Assembly: GCA_903838035.1 (NCBI GenBank)
Contig: CAILWW010000096.1
Location: 14,280-78,279 of the forward strand
Source of the DNA: an uncultured Actinomycetes bacterium
GTDB lineage: Bacteria; Actinomycetota; Actinomycetes; Nanopelagicales; Nanopelagicaceae
Reading direction: 5' to 3'
Length of the DNA: 64,000 bases
The position numbers and the translations under genes were made by a program. A model generated the notes under the pieces. It saw nothing but the letters and a program-made list of their open reading frames with translations. It did not search any database and was not told the DNA's origin. Shown here one piece after another: positions 20,698-29,617 of the stretch (position 1 is its first letter; every line of letters starts with the position of its first letter).

Positions 20698-22641
20698 CTA
20701 ACCCAGAGTGATTGTGACTGTGGCACCTGGCTTCACTTTGCTCTTAGCTTTTGGCGATATGGATATGACTACTTTATTTCGGCGAGTTCCAATCACCCGC
20801 TTTTTCACAAGGAGTCCGAGATTTTGAATTGCGCTTCGAGCTTTTGCCTCGCTCATTCCAGTGACTTGAGGTACATATGCATATGCCGGACCTTGGGAGA
20901 CGATTAAGGTAATTACCGACTTCTTATTTGCAGTCGGAGCTGTAGGAGCGGATTGTGAAATTACCATTCCGATCGCAACGGTATCGCTGTAGCCATAAAT
21001 GGTATTTACGGTAAAGCCGGCATTGGTAATTTCATTAAGTGCTTGATCAGCAGATAGCCCAACATAAGAAGTGCCACCCAAAGCCTGACCAAGGCTGGTG
21101 ATGATATTAATCATCGCCCCGCGCTTGGCAGGTGAGGCTGCGGCCGGCGAAGTAGTGGCCACCATATCTTTGGGAATTGTGTCGCTATATTCCTGCGAAG
21201 TTGTACCCACTTGTAATCCTGCAGCTTTAAGCGCAGCAGTAGCGGCATCAACGCTTGAACCCGATACATCAGGAACGGAAATTCTTTCCGGGCCACCAGA
21301 GATTGTGAGGTGAACGGTTCCATGAACTCTGACCGAGCCACCACCACCCGGTTCTGTCGCCAGGATGAGACCTTTCTTCGTCTCCTCGCTAAATTGCGTT
21401 CCAGCTACATCAGATTTTAAGCCAAGCGTCGCCAAGGTGGAGTTAGCTTGGCTTTGGGTTAATCCCACCAATGATGGGATCGCAACTTTAGCCCCAGAAA
21501 AAAAGAAGTGGAAGGCGCCATAGGTAAGTGCAACCACAAGTAGCAGCGCGATAAATCTATTTCTCTTGACTCGCTTGGAGAGCTTGCGCTTGCGCTTGAT
21601 CTCAGCAGTTGAGCTCTTTTTTGAGGTAGCCACTTCATCCTTCTCTCTAGCGGAAGTTAACTCTGAAATAGTTGTAGAAATTACTGGCGCCCCGATGCCC
21701 ACAGCGCCGCGTAATTTTTGTGCTCGAGATTTGGTTCGCTCTTCTTTAATTAATGGTGGGACATCAAGTTCTAAACTAAGTTGCCTGTTACTTGGGTCCA
21801 AGTCTCGCTGCAGCCTTTGAATCTCACTTTCTAGTTCAACCGCGCTTGCATATCGCTTATCGGGGTTGGGATCAGTGGCGCGTACAACAATCGCATCTAG
21901 CAGACTAGGGATTCCCGCTTTTAAGGAGGAGGGAGCAGGAACTCGTTCGTTTACATGCTTATAAGCGATTTGAATCGGCGAATCGCCTTCAAAGGGTCTG
22001 GTACCCGTCAACATTTCAAAGAGCACGATTCCGAGGGCATAGACATCGCTGCGGGCATCGCTTACGCCTCGTTGTACTTGTTCGGGGGATAGGTAGGAGA
22101 CGCTTCCTAAAATGACGCTGGATTCAATTGTCATCGTGGCCGAACTTTGCCCACCTCGGGCCAGCCCGAAGTCGGCGACCTTGACTCGACCATCCTTGGC
22201 TATCAAAATATTTTCCGGCTTAATATCGCGATGCACAATCCCTAATTTATGAGCAGCTACGAGCGCGCTGATGACTGGTGAGATATATCGAAGCGCCTCT
22301 TTGACGCCGAGCGAGCCCTTCTCGTGAATAAGTTCGCGCAAGGTAAATCCATCGACAAATTCCATAACCAGAAACACTGCCGGCGCTCCGCCTTCATTCC
22401 AGCCTTGATCTTGAATCGCCACCACATTGGGATGAGATAAGGAGGCAGCGGCTTTAGCTTCGCGAATAAACCGGGTTACATACTCTTCATCGTTGGCCAG
22501 ATGTGGATGCATAATTTTGACTGCAACCATACGGTCTAGGCGCAAATCGAGCGCTGAATAAATACTGGCCATTCCGCCTGCTGCAACCAGCTTCTGGAGT
22601 TGGTATCGCCCATCAATGAGCTCGCCAGTTAAGTCAGACAC
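20698..22641 (-). CDS. Stk1/PknB-family PASTA-domain Ser/Thr kinase (PknL-like position)
   Basis: GGMASIY, VAVK, HRDIKPEN, DFGLAR, YLSPEQ; basic juxtamembrane stretch, one TM and about 4 PASTA repeats (IPSLVG, VPDVSG, VPQVTG). Confidence 0.92.
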   Translation of the reverse strand: MSDLTGELIDGRYQLQKLVAAGGMASIYSALDLRLDRMVAVKIMHPHLANDEEYVTRFIREAKAAASLSHPNVVAIQDQGWNEGGAPAVFLVMEFVDGFTLRELIHEKGSLGVKEALRYISPVISALVAAHKLGIVHRDIKPENILIAKDGRVKVADFGLARGGQSSATMTIESSVILGSVSYLSPEQVQRGVSDARSDVYALGIVLFEMLTGTRPFEGDSPIQIAYKHVNERVPAPSSLKAGIPSLLDAIVVRATDPNPDKRYASAVELESEIQRLQRDLDPSNRQLSLELDVPPLIKEERTKSRAQKLRGAVGIGAPVISTTISELTSAREKDEVATSKKSSTAEIKRKRKLSKRVKRNRFIALLLVVALTYGAFHFFFSGAKVAIPSLVGLTQSQANSTLATLGLKSDVAGTQFSEETKKGLILATEPGGGGSVRVHGTVHLTISGGPERISVPDVSGSSVDAATAALKAAGLQVGTTSQEYSDTIPKDMVATTSPAAASPAKRGAMINIITSLGQALGGTSYVGLSADQALNEITNAGFTVNTIYGYSDTVAIGMVISQSAPTAPTANKKSVITLIVSQGPAYAYVPQVTGMSEAKARSAIQNLGLLVKKRVIGTRRNKVVISISPKAKSKVKPGATVTITLG

Positions 22642-22677
22642 GGTGAAATCTTATGGAGTGCCCGCCCGCCCTAGCCT

Positions 22678-23235
22678 TTATGGCGCGCCATAAAGCTGGT
22701 GATCTGCCGCTGCCTTCGTCTGCTCGTCGGCAAAGTGTTTGAGTTCGGCTCGCTTAAAGCCTTTTATCTGCGCCTCTATTTCAAATCCATCACGCTCGAG
22801 GACTCGCTCGAGTCCTAACTCCATGGAGACTTCAATCCAAATTGCAACCGAAGTCGAGCTTCGCATTATTCGTTGCCCCGAACCCACTCCTTCAACGATG
22901 GTGATGGGGGAGGAGTGATAAAGCTGAGGTTCATCATATTTATGAATGAGCCAATCGAATTTTGGTAAATGAAAATTACGACCCGAAGCAACACCAGGAA
23001 GCAATTGATTTTTCAGAAGTGAGGTGAGCTCGCCTGTGAGCGCGCGCTCCCACCCGTTGTACAAGTCATCCATATGAATAACGGTGATTTCGTCACCAAT
23101 TGCTTGCGCGATTTGAGATGCGAGTGTTGTTTTACCCGATCCTGCTGGACCATCGATAGTGATGAGCTTTGATTCGCCACATTTGGGTGGCGATTGCTCA
23201 ATGCTCTGAAGTATGGGCGATAAATGATGTGGCAC
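22678..23235 (-). CDS. P-loop nucleoside-kinase-fold protein (uridine kinase / nicotinamide riboside kinase-like)
   Basis: IDGPAGSGKTT Walker A, IHMDDLY, IVEG and R..ERDG lid; overlaps the pnuC 3' end by 38 nt. Confidence 0.75.
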   Translation of the reverse strand: MPHHLSPILQSIEQSPPKCGESKLITIDGPAGSGKTTLASQIAQAIGDEITVIHMDDLYNGWERALTGELTSLLKNQLLPGVASGRNFHLPKFDWLIHKYDEPQLYHSSPITIVEGVGSGQRIMRSSTSVAIWIEVSMELGLERVLERDGFEIEAQIKGFKRAELKHFADEQTKAAADHQLYGAP

Positions 23236-23815
23236 GAGACTCCTTTAGCCAACGCTTCCAACCGGCAACAGCAATGAGGACAAAGATGAAGTAGAGGATG
23301 GAGGTCAGGTAGTACTTTCCATGCCAGAACTGATAGGTATAGACAGCATCAACAACAAACCAGAGCGGCCAATTCTCATATTTTTCAACCACCATCAAGA
23401 CTTGAGCGACGCAGCTTCCAACAAATCCGAATGCATCGGTGAGTGATGCCGCAGCCCCTACCTTTTTAAGAAGTGGATAGAGCGCGCCCCAAGCAATAAC
23501 TCCGCCAATAGCCCAGTAACTCTTCTCCTTCGTGGTCAGGCGCGCAGGCACTGCACCTTTCTTGCCCCAACCAAACCAACCCCAGAAGCCTCCGGCTATG
23601 AAGATCAATTGCAGCCAAGCACTTGCATAGTATTTCTCTTGCCAGAAGAGAACTGCATATAACATCGAACTGATATTCCACCACGGCCAGGTTGAGCGAG
23701 GACCAAATACACCCAGACCTACTCCAACTACGGAGGTTACGAAGGCGAAAAATTCAAGATAGGTGAGCTGGTATCCCCACGCGGTGAAGAAGACTGCCAT
23801 TAGATGAAAATGCAT
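23198..23815 (-). CDS. pnuC: PnuC-family vitamin transporter (PnuT-like given the riboswitch)
   Basis: LE..AF, W.W.I...LYA..F....YASA.LQ, DA.....S..AQ.LM..K.ENW..W.VVD, GW..W PnuC pattern. Start at ATG 23815 behind SD GGAAAGGGG. Confidence 0.88.
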   Translation of the reverse strand: MHFHLMAVFFTAWGYQLTYLEFFAFVTSVVGVGLGVFGPRSTWPWWNISSMLYAVLFWQEKYYASAWLQLIFIAGGFWGWFGWGKKGAVPARLTTKEKSYWAIGGVIAWGALYPLLKKVGAAASLTDAFGFVGSCVAQVLMVVEKYENWPLWFVVDAVYTYQFWHGKYYLTSILYFIFVLIAVAGWKRWLKESRATSFIAHTSEH

Positions 23816-23821
23816 GATTAA

Positions 23822-23906
23822 CCCCTTTCCAATTCGCATTACCGAACTGGTTCGACGGTCGATCCGAATTTCGGACCCTCTCAGCCAATACAGCGGCTCC
23901 CGTTGT
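23822..23906 (-). ncRNA. TPP (THI-box) riboswitch-like aptamer, variant lacking the J4/5 pyrophosphate-binding bulge
   Basis: The minus strand reads ACGGGAGCC-GCUGUAUU-GGCUGAGAG-GGUCCGAAAUUCGGAUC-GACCGUCGAACC-AGUUCG-GUAAUG-CGAAUU-GGAAAG. P2, P3, CUGAGA, GAACC and the UAAUG loop match the THI box; the CCUGAU and GCG.AGG motifs are missing. Confidence 0.8.
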
Positions 23907-23923
23907 ATTGAACTGTAGCCTTT

Positions 23924-24841
23924 TTATTTGCGGCGTGCGAGGAATGCGCGAAGAAATGCGGGGAGAGCTACTTTGATTCGGCGCCAGGTTGACGTCTTTG
24001 CCCGGTGCGTAAATATTTGATAATCAATCCTTTCGACCTCATCGACAATTCCGCAGTACAGCTCGGAGGCGGTTTGGATGCAGGCTCTACTTTCCGGCGC
24101 AAGCAGTGCAATGCCTGGCTCTGCCTCTCGTTGCAATCTGCGGACGCGGGCAATCTGTTCTTGCAAGGCTGAGCGAATCTGTGGGGTAAGGATGCGCGCT
24201 TCCAGCATCTCATAACTCACGCCATGAGCTTGTAGCTCTGAAATTGGAAGATAGATTCGCCCTCGGTCTAAATCCTCACCCACATCGCGAATGAAGTTGG
24301 CTAGTTGAAAAGCGGTTCCTAATTTTTCGGCGGCCATTACGGTTTCAGGTGCGGTTTCGGGAGAAAGTGAACCCAGGATCGGAAGCATTTCTAGGCCGAT
24401 GACCGAAGCTGATCCATATACATATTCCATTAAATCTTCGTAGCTCTGATACTCGGTGACAGTTAAATCCATCTCCATGGAGTGAAGGAAAGCTTCAAAG
24501 TAGGCAATCGGGATAGAAAATCGCTGCACGGTATCAACCAGTGCTCGACCAATGTGATCATGGCTGCGACCGGCACGAATGTCAGCTAGCACCCCTTGCC
24601 CCCAGGTGCGAAGGTGCTCTGCCTTCTCGGAGTCGGTGAGCTCTGATGCCAGGTCATCGACTATTTCGTCGGCATACCGAGCAAAGCCATAGAGCGCATG
24701 GACAAAGGGGCGCTTCTCCGGCGGGAGGAGCAGGGTCGCTAGGTAATAAGTCTTGCCGTGCAGGGCATTTAGCCGCTTGCATTCAGCATAGGAGGCCCGC
24801 AGGGATGGTTCGGTGATACCAGCACGCGTGAGCTCATCCAT
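23924..24841 (-). CDS. crtB: Phytoene synthase
   Basis: KTYY.AT.LLP, YGFARYADEIVD, SMEMD, FQLANFIRDVGED..RGRIYLP. Confidence 0.95.
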   Translation of the reverse strand: MDELTRAGITEPSLRASYAECKRLNALHGKTYYLATLLLPPEKRPFVHALYGFARYADEIVDDLASELTDSEKAEHLRTWGQGVLADIRAGRSHDHIGRALVDTVQRFSIPIAYFEAFLHSMEMDLTVTEYQSYEDLMEYVYGSASVIGLEMLPILGSLSPETAPETVMAAEKLGTAFQLANFIRDVGEDLDRGRIYLPISELQAHGVSYEMLEARILTPQIRSALQEQIARVRRLQREAEPGIALLAPESRACIQTASELYCGIVDEVERIDYQIFTHRAKTSTWRRIKVALPAFLRAFLARRK

Positions 24842-24993
24842 GGGTGAACTCTACTTTCGAAGTCGGGCCAGCGTGGCGAACTCTCAGGTAACCCTCGGCA
24901 ACCAGTATTTTCCCTCTATTCCCACGGTCTTGTGAGCCGACTAATCACACGGGGTCGCAAACACCCCCGATAACAAAATCAGGAAGGTCCCTC

Positions 24994-26442
24994 ATGCTCG
25001 ATTCGTTCTTCAAAATCACAGAACGCGGATCAACAGTAGGCCGTGAAATCCGTGGTGGCTTCGTCACCTTCTTCACAATGGCATACATCGTTGCGCTCAA
25101 TCCGCTCATCATCGGTCTGGCCAAAGACAGCACCGGTAAGTACCTCGGTGGCGATGGTTCCCATCCAAACCTCGCAATGGTGGCAGCAATGACAGCTCTT
25201 ATGGCTGGTCTCTTGACCATCCTGATGGGCGCAGTTGCTAACTTCCCATTGGCGCTCGCTACCGGTCTCGGTCTAAACACATTCGTCGCTGTTGGTATCG
25301 CCTCTCGTATGACTTGGGCCGATGCAATGGGCCTCATTGTGCTCGAGGGCATCATTATTACGGTTTTGGTTCTTACTGGCTTCCGTACTGCAGTATTCCG
25401 CGCGGTTCCGCAACAACTCAAGATCGCAATCTCTGTTGGTATCGGACTATTCATTACTTTGATCGGTCTAGTCGATTCCGGATTCGTACGTCGTACCGGT
25501 TCCGGTCCAGTCCCAGTACAACTTGGCGACAATGGAAATCTTGTTGGCTGGCCAATTGTTGTATTTGGTTTTGGTCTGCTCTTGATGATCGCGCTCTTGG
25601 TAAAGAAGGTTAAAGGTGCAATTCTCATCAGCATCATCACCTCAACCGTTGTCGCAATCATCGTGGAGAAGGCGTTCAAGATCGGCCCTAACTTTGATGG
25701 CGCAACTGGCAAGGTCAATCCAAAGGGTTGGGGACTTAACGTTCCAGCACTTCCAAGCAAAGTTGTGGCAAAGCCTGATTTCGGCCTATTTGGTCACTTC
25801 AGCATCTTCGGTGGATTCCATGTCGCTGGCATAACTATCATCTCCGCAGTTCTCCTTGTCTTCACGCTCTTGCTCTCTGACTTCTTCGACACCGTCGGAA
25901 CAGTCACCGCAATTGCAACCGAAGCTAATTTGATTGATGCCCAAGGCACAATTCCAAATAACAATAAGATCCTTATTGTCGACTCACTTGCAGCAGCGAT
26001 GGGCGGCGTTGGAAGTATTTCTTCTAACACTTCATACATCGAATCAGCATCAGGCGTCGGCGAAGGTGCTCGCACAGGTCTTGCCTCTGTCGTGACTGGA
26101 ATTCTCTTCCTGCTCACCACTTTCTTGGCTCCACTTGTTGCCGTCATTCCTTACGAGGCTGCAACTCCAGCCCTCGTCATCGTTGGTTTCTTGATGATGT
26201 CTCAGATCAAGGAAGTGGAGTGGTCAGATTATGGAATTGGTATTCCAGCATTCTTGACCATCATCTTGATGCCATTTACCTACAGCATCTCAGTCGGTAT
26301 TGGCGCAGGATTTATCTCACATGTATTGATCCGTTTGGTCCAAGGTCGTGGAAAGGAAGTTCACGGACTTCTCTACTTCGTCTCTGGTCTATTCGTCATC
26401 TATTTCTTGCAATCTCCAATTAGCGTTTGGATTGCTAAGTAA
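24994..26442 (+). CDS. NCS2/AzgA-family purine (guanine/hypoxanthine/adenine) permease
   Basis: EIRGG.VTF.TMAYI, A.GLGLN, DFFDTVGT and YIESASGV.EGARTGL AzgA signature; next to apt. Confidence 0.92.
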   Translation: MLDSFFKITERGSTVGREIRGGFVTFFTMAYIVALNPLIIGLAKDSTGKYLGGDGSHPNLAMVAAMTALMAGLLTILMGAVANFPLALATGLGLNTFVAVGIASRMTWADAMGLIVLEGIIITVLVLTGFRTAVFRAVPQQLKIAISVGIGLFITLIGLVDSGFVRRTGSGPVPVQLGDNGNLVGWPIVVFGFGLLLMIALLVKKVKGAILISIITSTVVAIIVEKAFKIGPNFDGATGKVNPKGWGLNVPALPSKVVAKPDFGLFGHFSIFGGFHVAGITIISAVLLVFTLLLSDFFDTVGTVTAIATEANLIDAQGTIPNNNKILIVDSLAAAMGGVGSISSNTSYIESASGVGEGARTGLASVVTGILFLLTTFLAPLVAVIPYEAATPALVIVGFLMMSQIKEVEWSDYGIGIPAFLTIILMPFTYSISVGIGAGFISHVLIRLVQGRGKEVHGLLYFVSGLFVIYFLQSPISVWIAK

Positions 26443-26456
26443 TAGTTCAATAGTTG

Positions 26457-26499
26457 AATCAGGCTCTGGGGGATATCCTTCAGAGCCTGATTTATTTAT
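26457..26499 (+). terminator. Intrinsic terminator hairpin after the permease
   Basis: AATCAGGCTCTG...CAGAGCCTGATT 12-bp stem followed by a T-rich tail. Confidence 0.75.
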
Positions 26500-26511
26500 G
26501 AAGGGGAAGTT

Positions 26512-27048
26512 ATGAGAGCGGAAGAGTTGAATGAGCTGCAGGCGATTATTCGCGATGTCCCAGATTTTCCATCTCCCGGAATTCTCTTTAAGGATATAAC
26601 ACCACTACTCCGTGATTCTCGCGCCTTCGGCCTCGCTGTATCAGGGTTGGCCGAACTAGCGGAAGATGTGGATTACATCGCAGGTGTAGAGGCTCGCGGC
26701 TTTATTTTTGGGGCAGCAATCGCCCAGAAAACTGGAAAAGGTTTCATTCCGATCAGAAAGAGTGGCAAGCTGCCCGCTGCAAGTTATTCCGATAGTTATT
26801 CCCTGGAATATGGCGAGAGCACGCTACAGATTCATCAAGATGCTCTGCACCCTGGAGAGCGAGTAATGATTATCGATGATGTGCTGGCCACCGGCGGAAC
26901 TTTAGCTTCCGCTATTCGCTTGGTTGAGCGTTGTGGTGCAGTCGTAGGTTCCCTAGCTGTTCTGATGGAGATTGTTGGCCTTGAAGGAAAAAGTAATTTA
27001 GCTAATCAATTTCCTCAAGTTTCGCTATCAATCTTGATTAACGAATAG
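26512..27048 (+). CDS. apt: Adenine phosphoribosyltransferase
   Basis: PDFP.PGILFKDITPLL, EARGF, RK.GKLP, LEYG, IDDVLATGGT. Confidence 0.96.
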   Translation: MRAEELNELQAIIRDVPDFPSPGILFKDITPLLRDSRAFGLAVSGLAELAEDVDYIAGVEARGFIFGAAIAQKTGKGFIPIRKSGKLPAASYSDSYSLEYGESTLQIHQDALHPGERVMIIDDVLATGGTLASAIRLVERCGAVVGSLAVLMEIVGLEGKSNLANQFPQVSLSILINE

Positions 27049-28519
27049 CTCCAACAATTCGCTCGGCGGCGAGGCGACCTGAGATAAGCACCATCGGCAC
27101 TCCAACTCCAGGTTGAGTTCCAGATCCGGCAAAAACAACATTCTCAAATCCTTGCGCCATATTCTTTGATCTAAATGGACCGGTCTGGAAGAAGGTATGC
27201 GCTGCTGCAAATGGCGCGCCAGCCTCCATTCCCTGGGCCTGCCAATCTAGTGGCGTGGTCATATGCTCCACTTCAATAGAGTCGCCAAATCCGGTGTAGC
27301 CACGCTCCTCCATAGTTTTGATCATTTGGTCGCGATATTTCGGCCCTTGGACCTTCCAATCGATATCTGCAGTTAAGTTTGGCGTAGGGAAGAGGACGTA
27401 ATAGCTTGATTTTCCGGCCGGGGCTAAATCTTTATCGTCGTACGTTGGAACCGTAACCAGCAAACTCGGATCGGTCATGAGAATCTTCTTATTGATGAGC
27501 TCGTCAAAGACGCCATCCCAAGATTCGCCAAAGTGAATATTGTGATGGGCGAGATGGTCATAACTCTTGCTGGAGCCAATTAAAAGTGTGGCACATGATG
27601 GGGAGTAGTTCAGTCGCTTCACTTGGCGAGGTTCTTTACCCAGTAGCTCTTTATAGGCGATGGGGAGATCAGGGTTCAAAATCACAGCATCGCATTCGAT
27701 GCGTTGACCATCCTCGGTGATGACTGCGCGCGCTCTGCCATTTGAGTGCTCAACAGATGTGACCGTTGTGTTGTATTTGAACTCAACGCCGTGCTTCTGT
27801 GCCGCTGCGGCGAGCGCGCGTGGGACAGCGTGCATTCCGCCCTTGGGGAAGAAGACGCCGTTAACTGAATCCATATAGGCGATGACTGCATAAATAGCGA
27901 GGGCTTGTTGTGGGCTGACTCCGGCGTACATCGCCTGGAATGAGTAAACCTTCTGAGTGCGTGGGTCTTTGAGAAATTCGCTGACTTTGGGAGCAAGTCT
28001 TTTGAAGCCACCAAGAGCTATGAGCCGCGCCAAATTAGGAGTGAGCAGGTTAAGAGGTGAGTCAATATTTCGGTCGATGAAATCATTCATCTCATACTTA
28101 TAAAGCTTGGTGACAAAATCTACATACCGACCATATCCAGCTGCTTCATCAGCGCCGATCACGGTGCGAATCTCCTCTTGCATACGCCCAGTCTCGGCAT
28201 GCACATCGAGCGATGAACCATCATGATAGAAAGCGCGGTACAAGGGCTTAAGCGGAAGAAGTTCGAGCCAATCCTTCATATCTTCGCCCACGCAAGAGAA
28301 ACAATCTTGAATCAGGTCGGGCATTGTTAATACGGTTGGTCCGGTATCAAAGGCATAGCCCTCCTTATTGAGGAGCCCATTTCGACCACCCGGAACGCTC
28401 TCGCGTTCTACAACTGTAACCTTTCGCCCAGCGCCTGCCAGTCGTAGCGCAGCGCTGAGACCACCCAAACCAGCTCCGACGATAACAACGTGATCAGTTG
28501 GACCAGTTACTTTTTTCAT
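27038..28519 (-). CDS. crtI: Phytoene desaturase
   Basis: GAGLGGL dinucleotide-binding fold, FDTGPTVLTMP, PKGGM, GSGTQPGVGVPMVLISG; coupled to crtE. Confidence 0.93.
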   Translation of the reverse strand: MKKVTGPTDHVVIVGAGLGGLSAALRLAGAGRKVTVVERESVPGGRNGLLNKEGYAFDTGPTVLTMPDLIQDCFSCVGEDMKDWLELLPLKPLYRAFYHDGSSLDVHAETGRMQEEIRTVIGADEAAGYGRYVDFVTKLYKYEMNDFIDRNIDSPLNLLTPNLARLIALGGFKRLAPKVSEFLKDPRTQKVYSFQAMYAGVSPQQALAIYAVIAYMDSVNGVFFPKGGMHAVPRALAAAAQKHGVEFKYNTTVTSVEHSNGRARAVITEDGQRIECDAVILNPDLPIAYKELLGKEPRQVKRLNYSPSCATLLIGSSKSYDHLAHHNIHFGESWDGVFDELINKKILMTDPSLLVTVPTYDDKDLAPAGKSSYYVLFPTPNLTADIDWKVQGPKYRDQMIKTMEERGYTGFGDSIEVEHMTTPLDWQAQGMEAGAPFAAAHTFFQTGPFRSKNMAQGFENVVFAGSGTQPGVGVPMVLISGRLAAERIVGAIR

Positions 28520-29592
28520 GTATTCCTTTTTGTGACGATGGCGGCTAAATCGATCAGGGCCTTGCGTGCAGGCTCGGCAACGCGATCGCTATCTACTGCC
28601 TCAAGTGCGGAATTGGTGAGTGATGAAATGAGATCTTCTACTTCAGCAAGCGCATCGGTATTTACAATAATGGAGCGAATCTCTTCGACTGCATCTGAAG
28701 AGATTGATGGATTGCCAATATGTTCTTCCATGATTGCTCGTTGGGCATCCGAGACTCGATCGAAGGTGGTTGCCAAGAGCACAGTTCGCTTTCCTTCACG
28801 TAAATCATCTCCGGCTGGCTTACCGGTTTCAGACGGATTACCAAATACGCCAAGGACATCATCGCGCAATTGAAAGGCCTCACCGAGTGGAAGTCCATAT
28901 GCAGAGTAAATTTTCATCAGCTCATCAGAATTACTTGTCCCAAGGGATGCGCCAAAATGTAATGGCCGCTCGATGGTGTACTTACCAGATTTGAAGCGGG
29001 CAACTTTGAGCGAACGTTCCACGCTCTGGCTGGCCAGAGTTGATTCATAGATATCAAGATATTGGCCGGCCATGAGTTCAACGCGCATCTCGTCGTACAT
29101 GGGAAGAGCGCGTAAGAGTGCAGAGCTTTCTACCCCTGATTGATGGAGCATCTTTGCCGACCAAACTAGGGCTAAGTCGCCAAGCAGAATTGCCGAATTG
29201 ATTCCGAATTGCGCCGCCGAACCCTCAGCGCCATCACGTTTGTGAAACGCCTCGAATGCCCGATGAATCGAGGGTGCACCCCGTCTTGAATCAGATCCAT
29301 CCATGACATCGTCATGCATGAGTGCGCAAACGTGAATAAGTTCGAGCGCAGCCGATGCTTTGATCACTGCTTCATCGGGATGCGCACCTGTGCCCAAATA
29401 TCCGACATAGGCGAAGATTGGACGAAGACGTTTTCCTGAGTCGCAGATAAAACTATGCATCGCCGAAGCAACAGCTTCAAGTTCTGGGCCAATCTCCCGC
29501 AAATATCGGCATTCTTGTGAGGAGAATTCCGCGAGGGCCGAGTTAAGTAAATCTCTCTGCTCTATCAGGCTGAAATTCGCGGCAAAAGTCAT
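28516..29592 (-). CDS. crtE: Geranylgeranyl diphosphate synthase (polyprenyl synthetase)
   Basis: GKRLRP, HDDVMD...RRG, GQYLD, KSGKYT, FQLRDD and GDDLREGK. Start moved to ATG 29592 to clear metF. Confidence 0.9.
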   Translation of the reverse strand: MTFAANFSLIEQRDLLNSALAEFSSQECRYLREIGPELEAVASAMHSFICDSGKRLRPIFAYVGYLGTGAHPDEAVIKASAALELIHVCALMHDDVMDGSDSRRGAPSIHRAFEAFHKRDGAEGSAAQFGINSAILLGDLALVWSAKMLHQSGVESSALLRALPMYDEMRVELMAGQYLDIYESTLASQSVERSLKVARFKSGKYTIERPLHFGASLGTSNSDELMKIYSAYGLPLGEAFQLRDDVLGVFGNPSETGKPAGDDLREGKRTVLLATTFDRVSDAQRAIMEEHIGNPSISSDAVEEIRSIIVNTDALAEVEDLISSLTNSALEAVDSDRVAEPARKALIDLAAIVTKRNT

Positions 29593-29617
29593 AAGGCAAG
29601 GGTAACCTGCGGGGTCT

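Noticed and set aside
23822-23906. Reading the pnuC leader as an NAD+-II (pnuC motif) riboswitch
   Set aside because: The GGGAGC...GCUGAGA...GAACC...UAAUG elements match the THI-box scaffold instead.
24945-25760. 271-aa ORF antisense to the purine permease
   Set aside because: Shadow ORF produced by the biased codon usage of the sense gene; no recognisable motifs.
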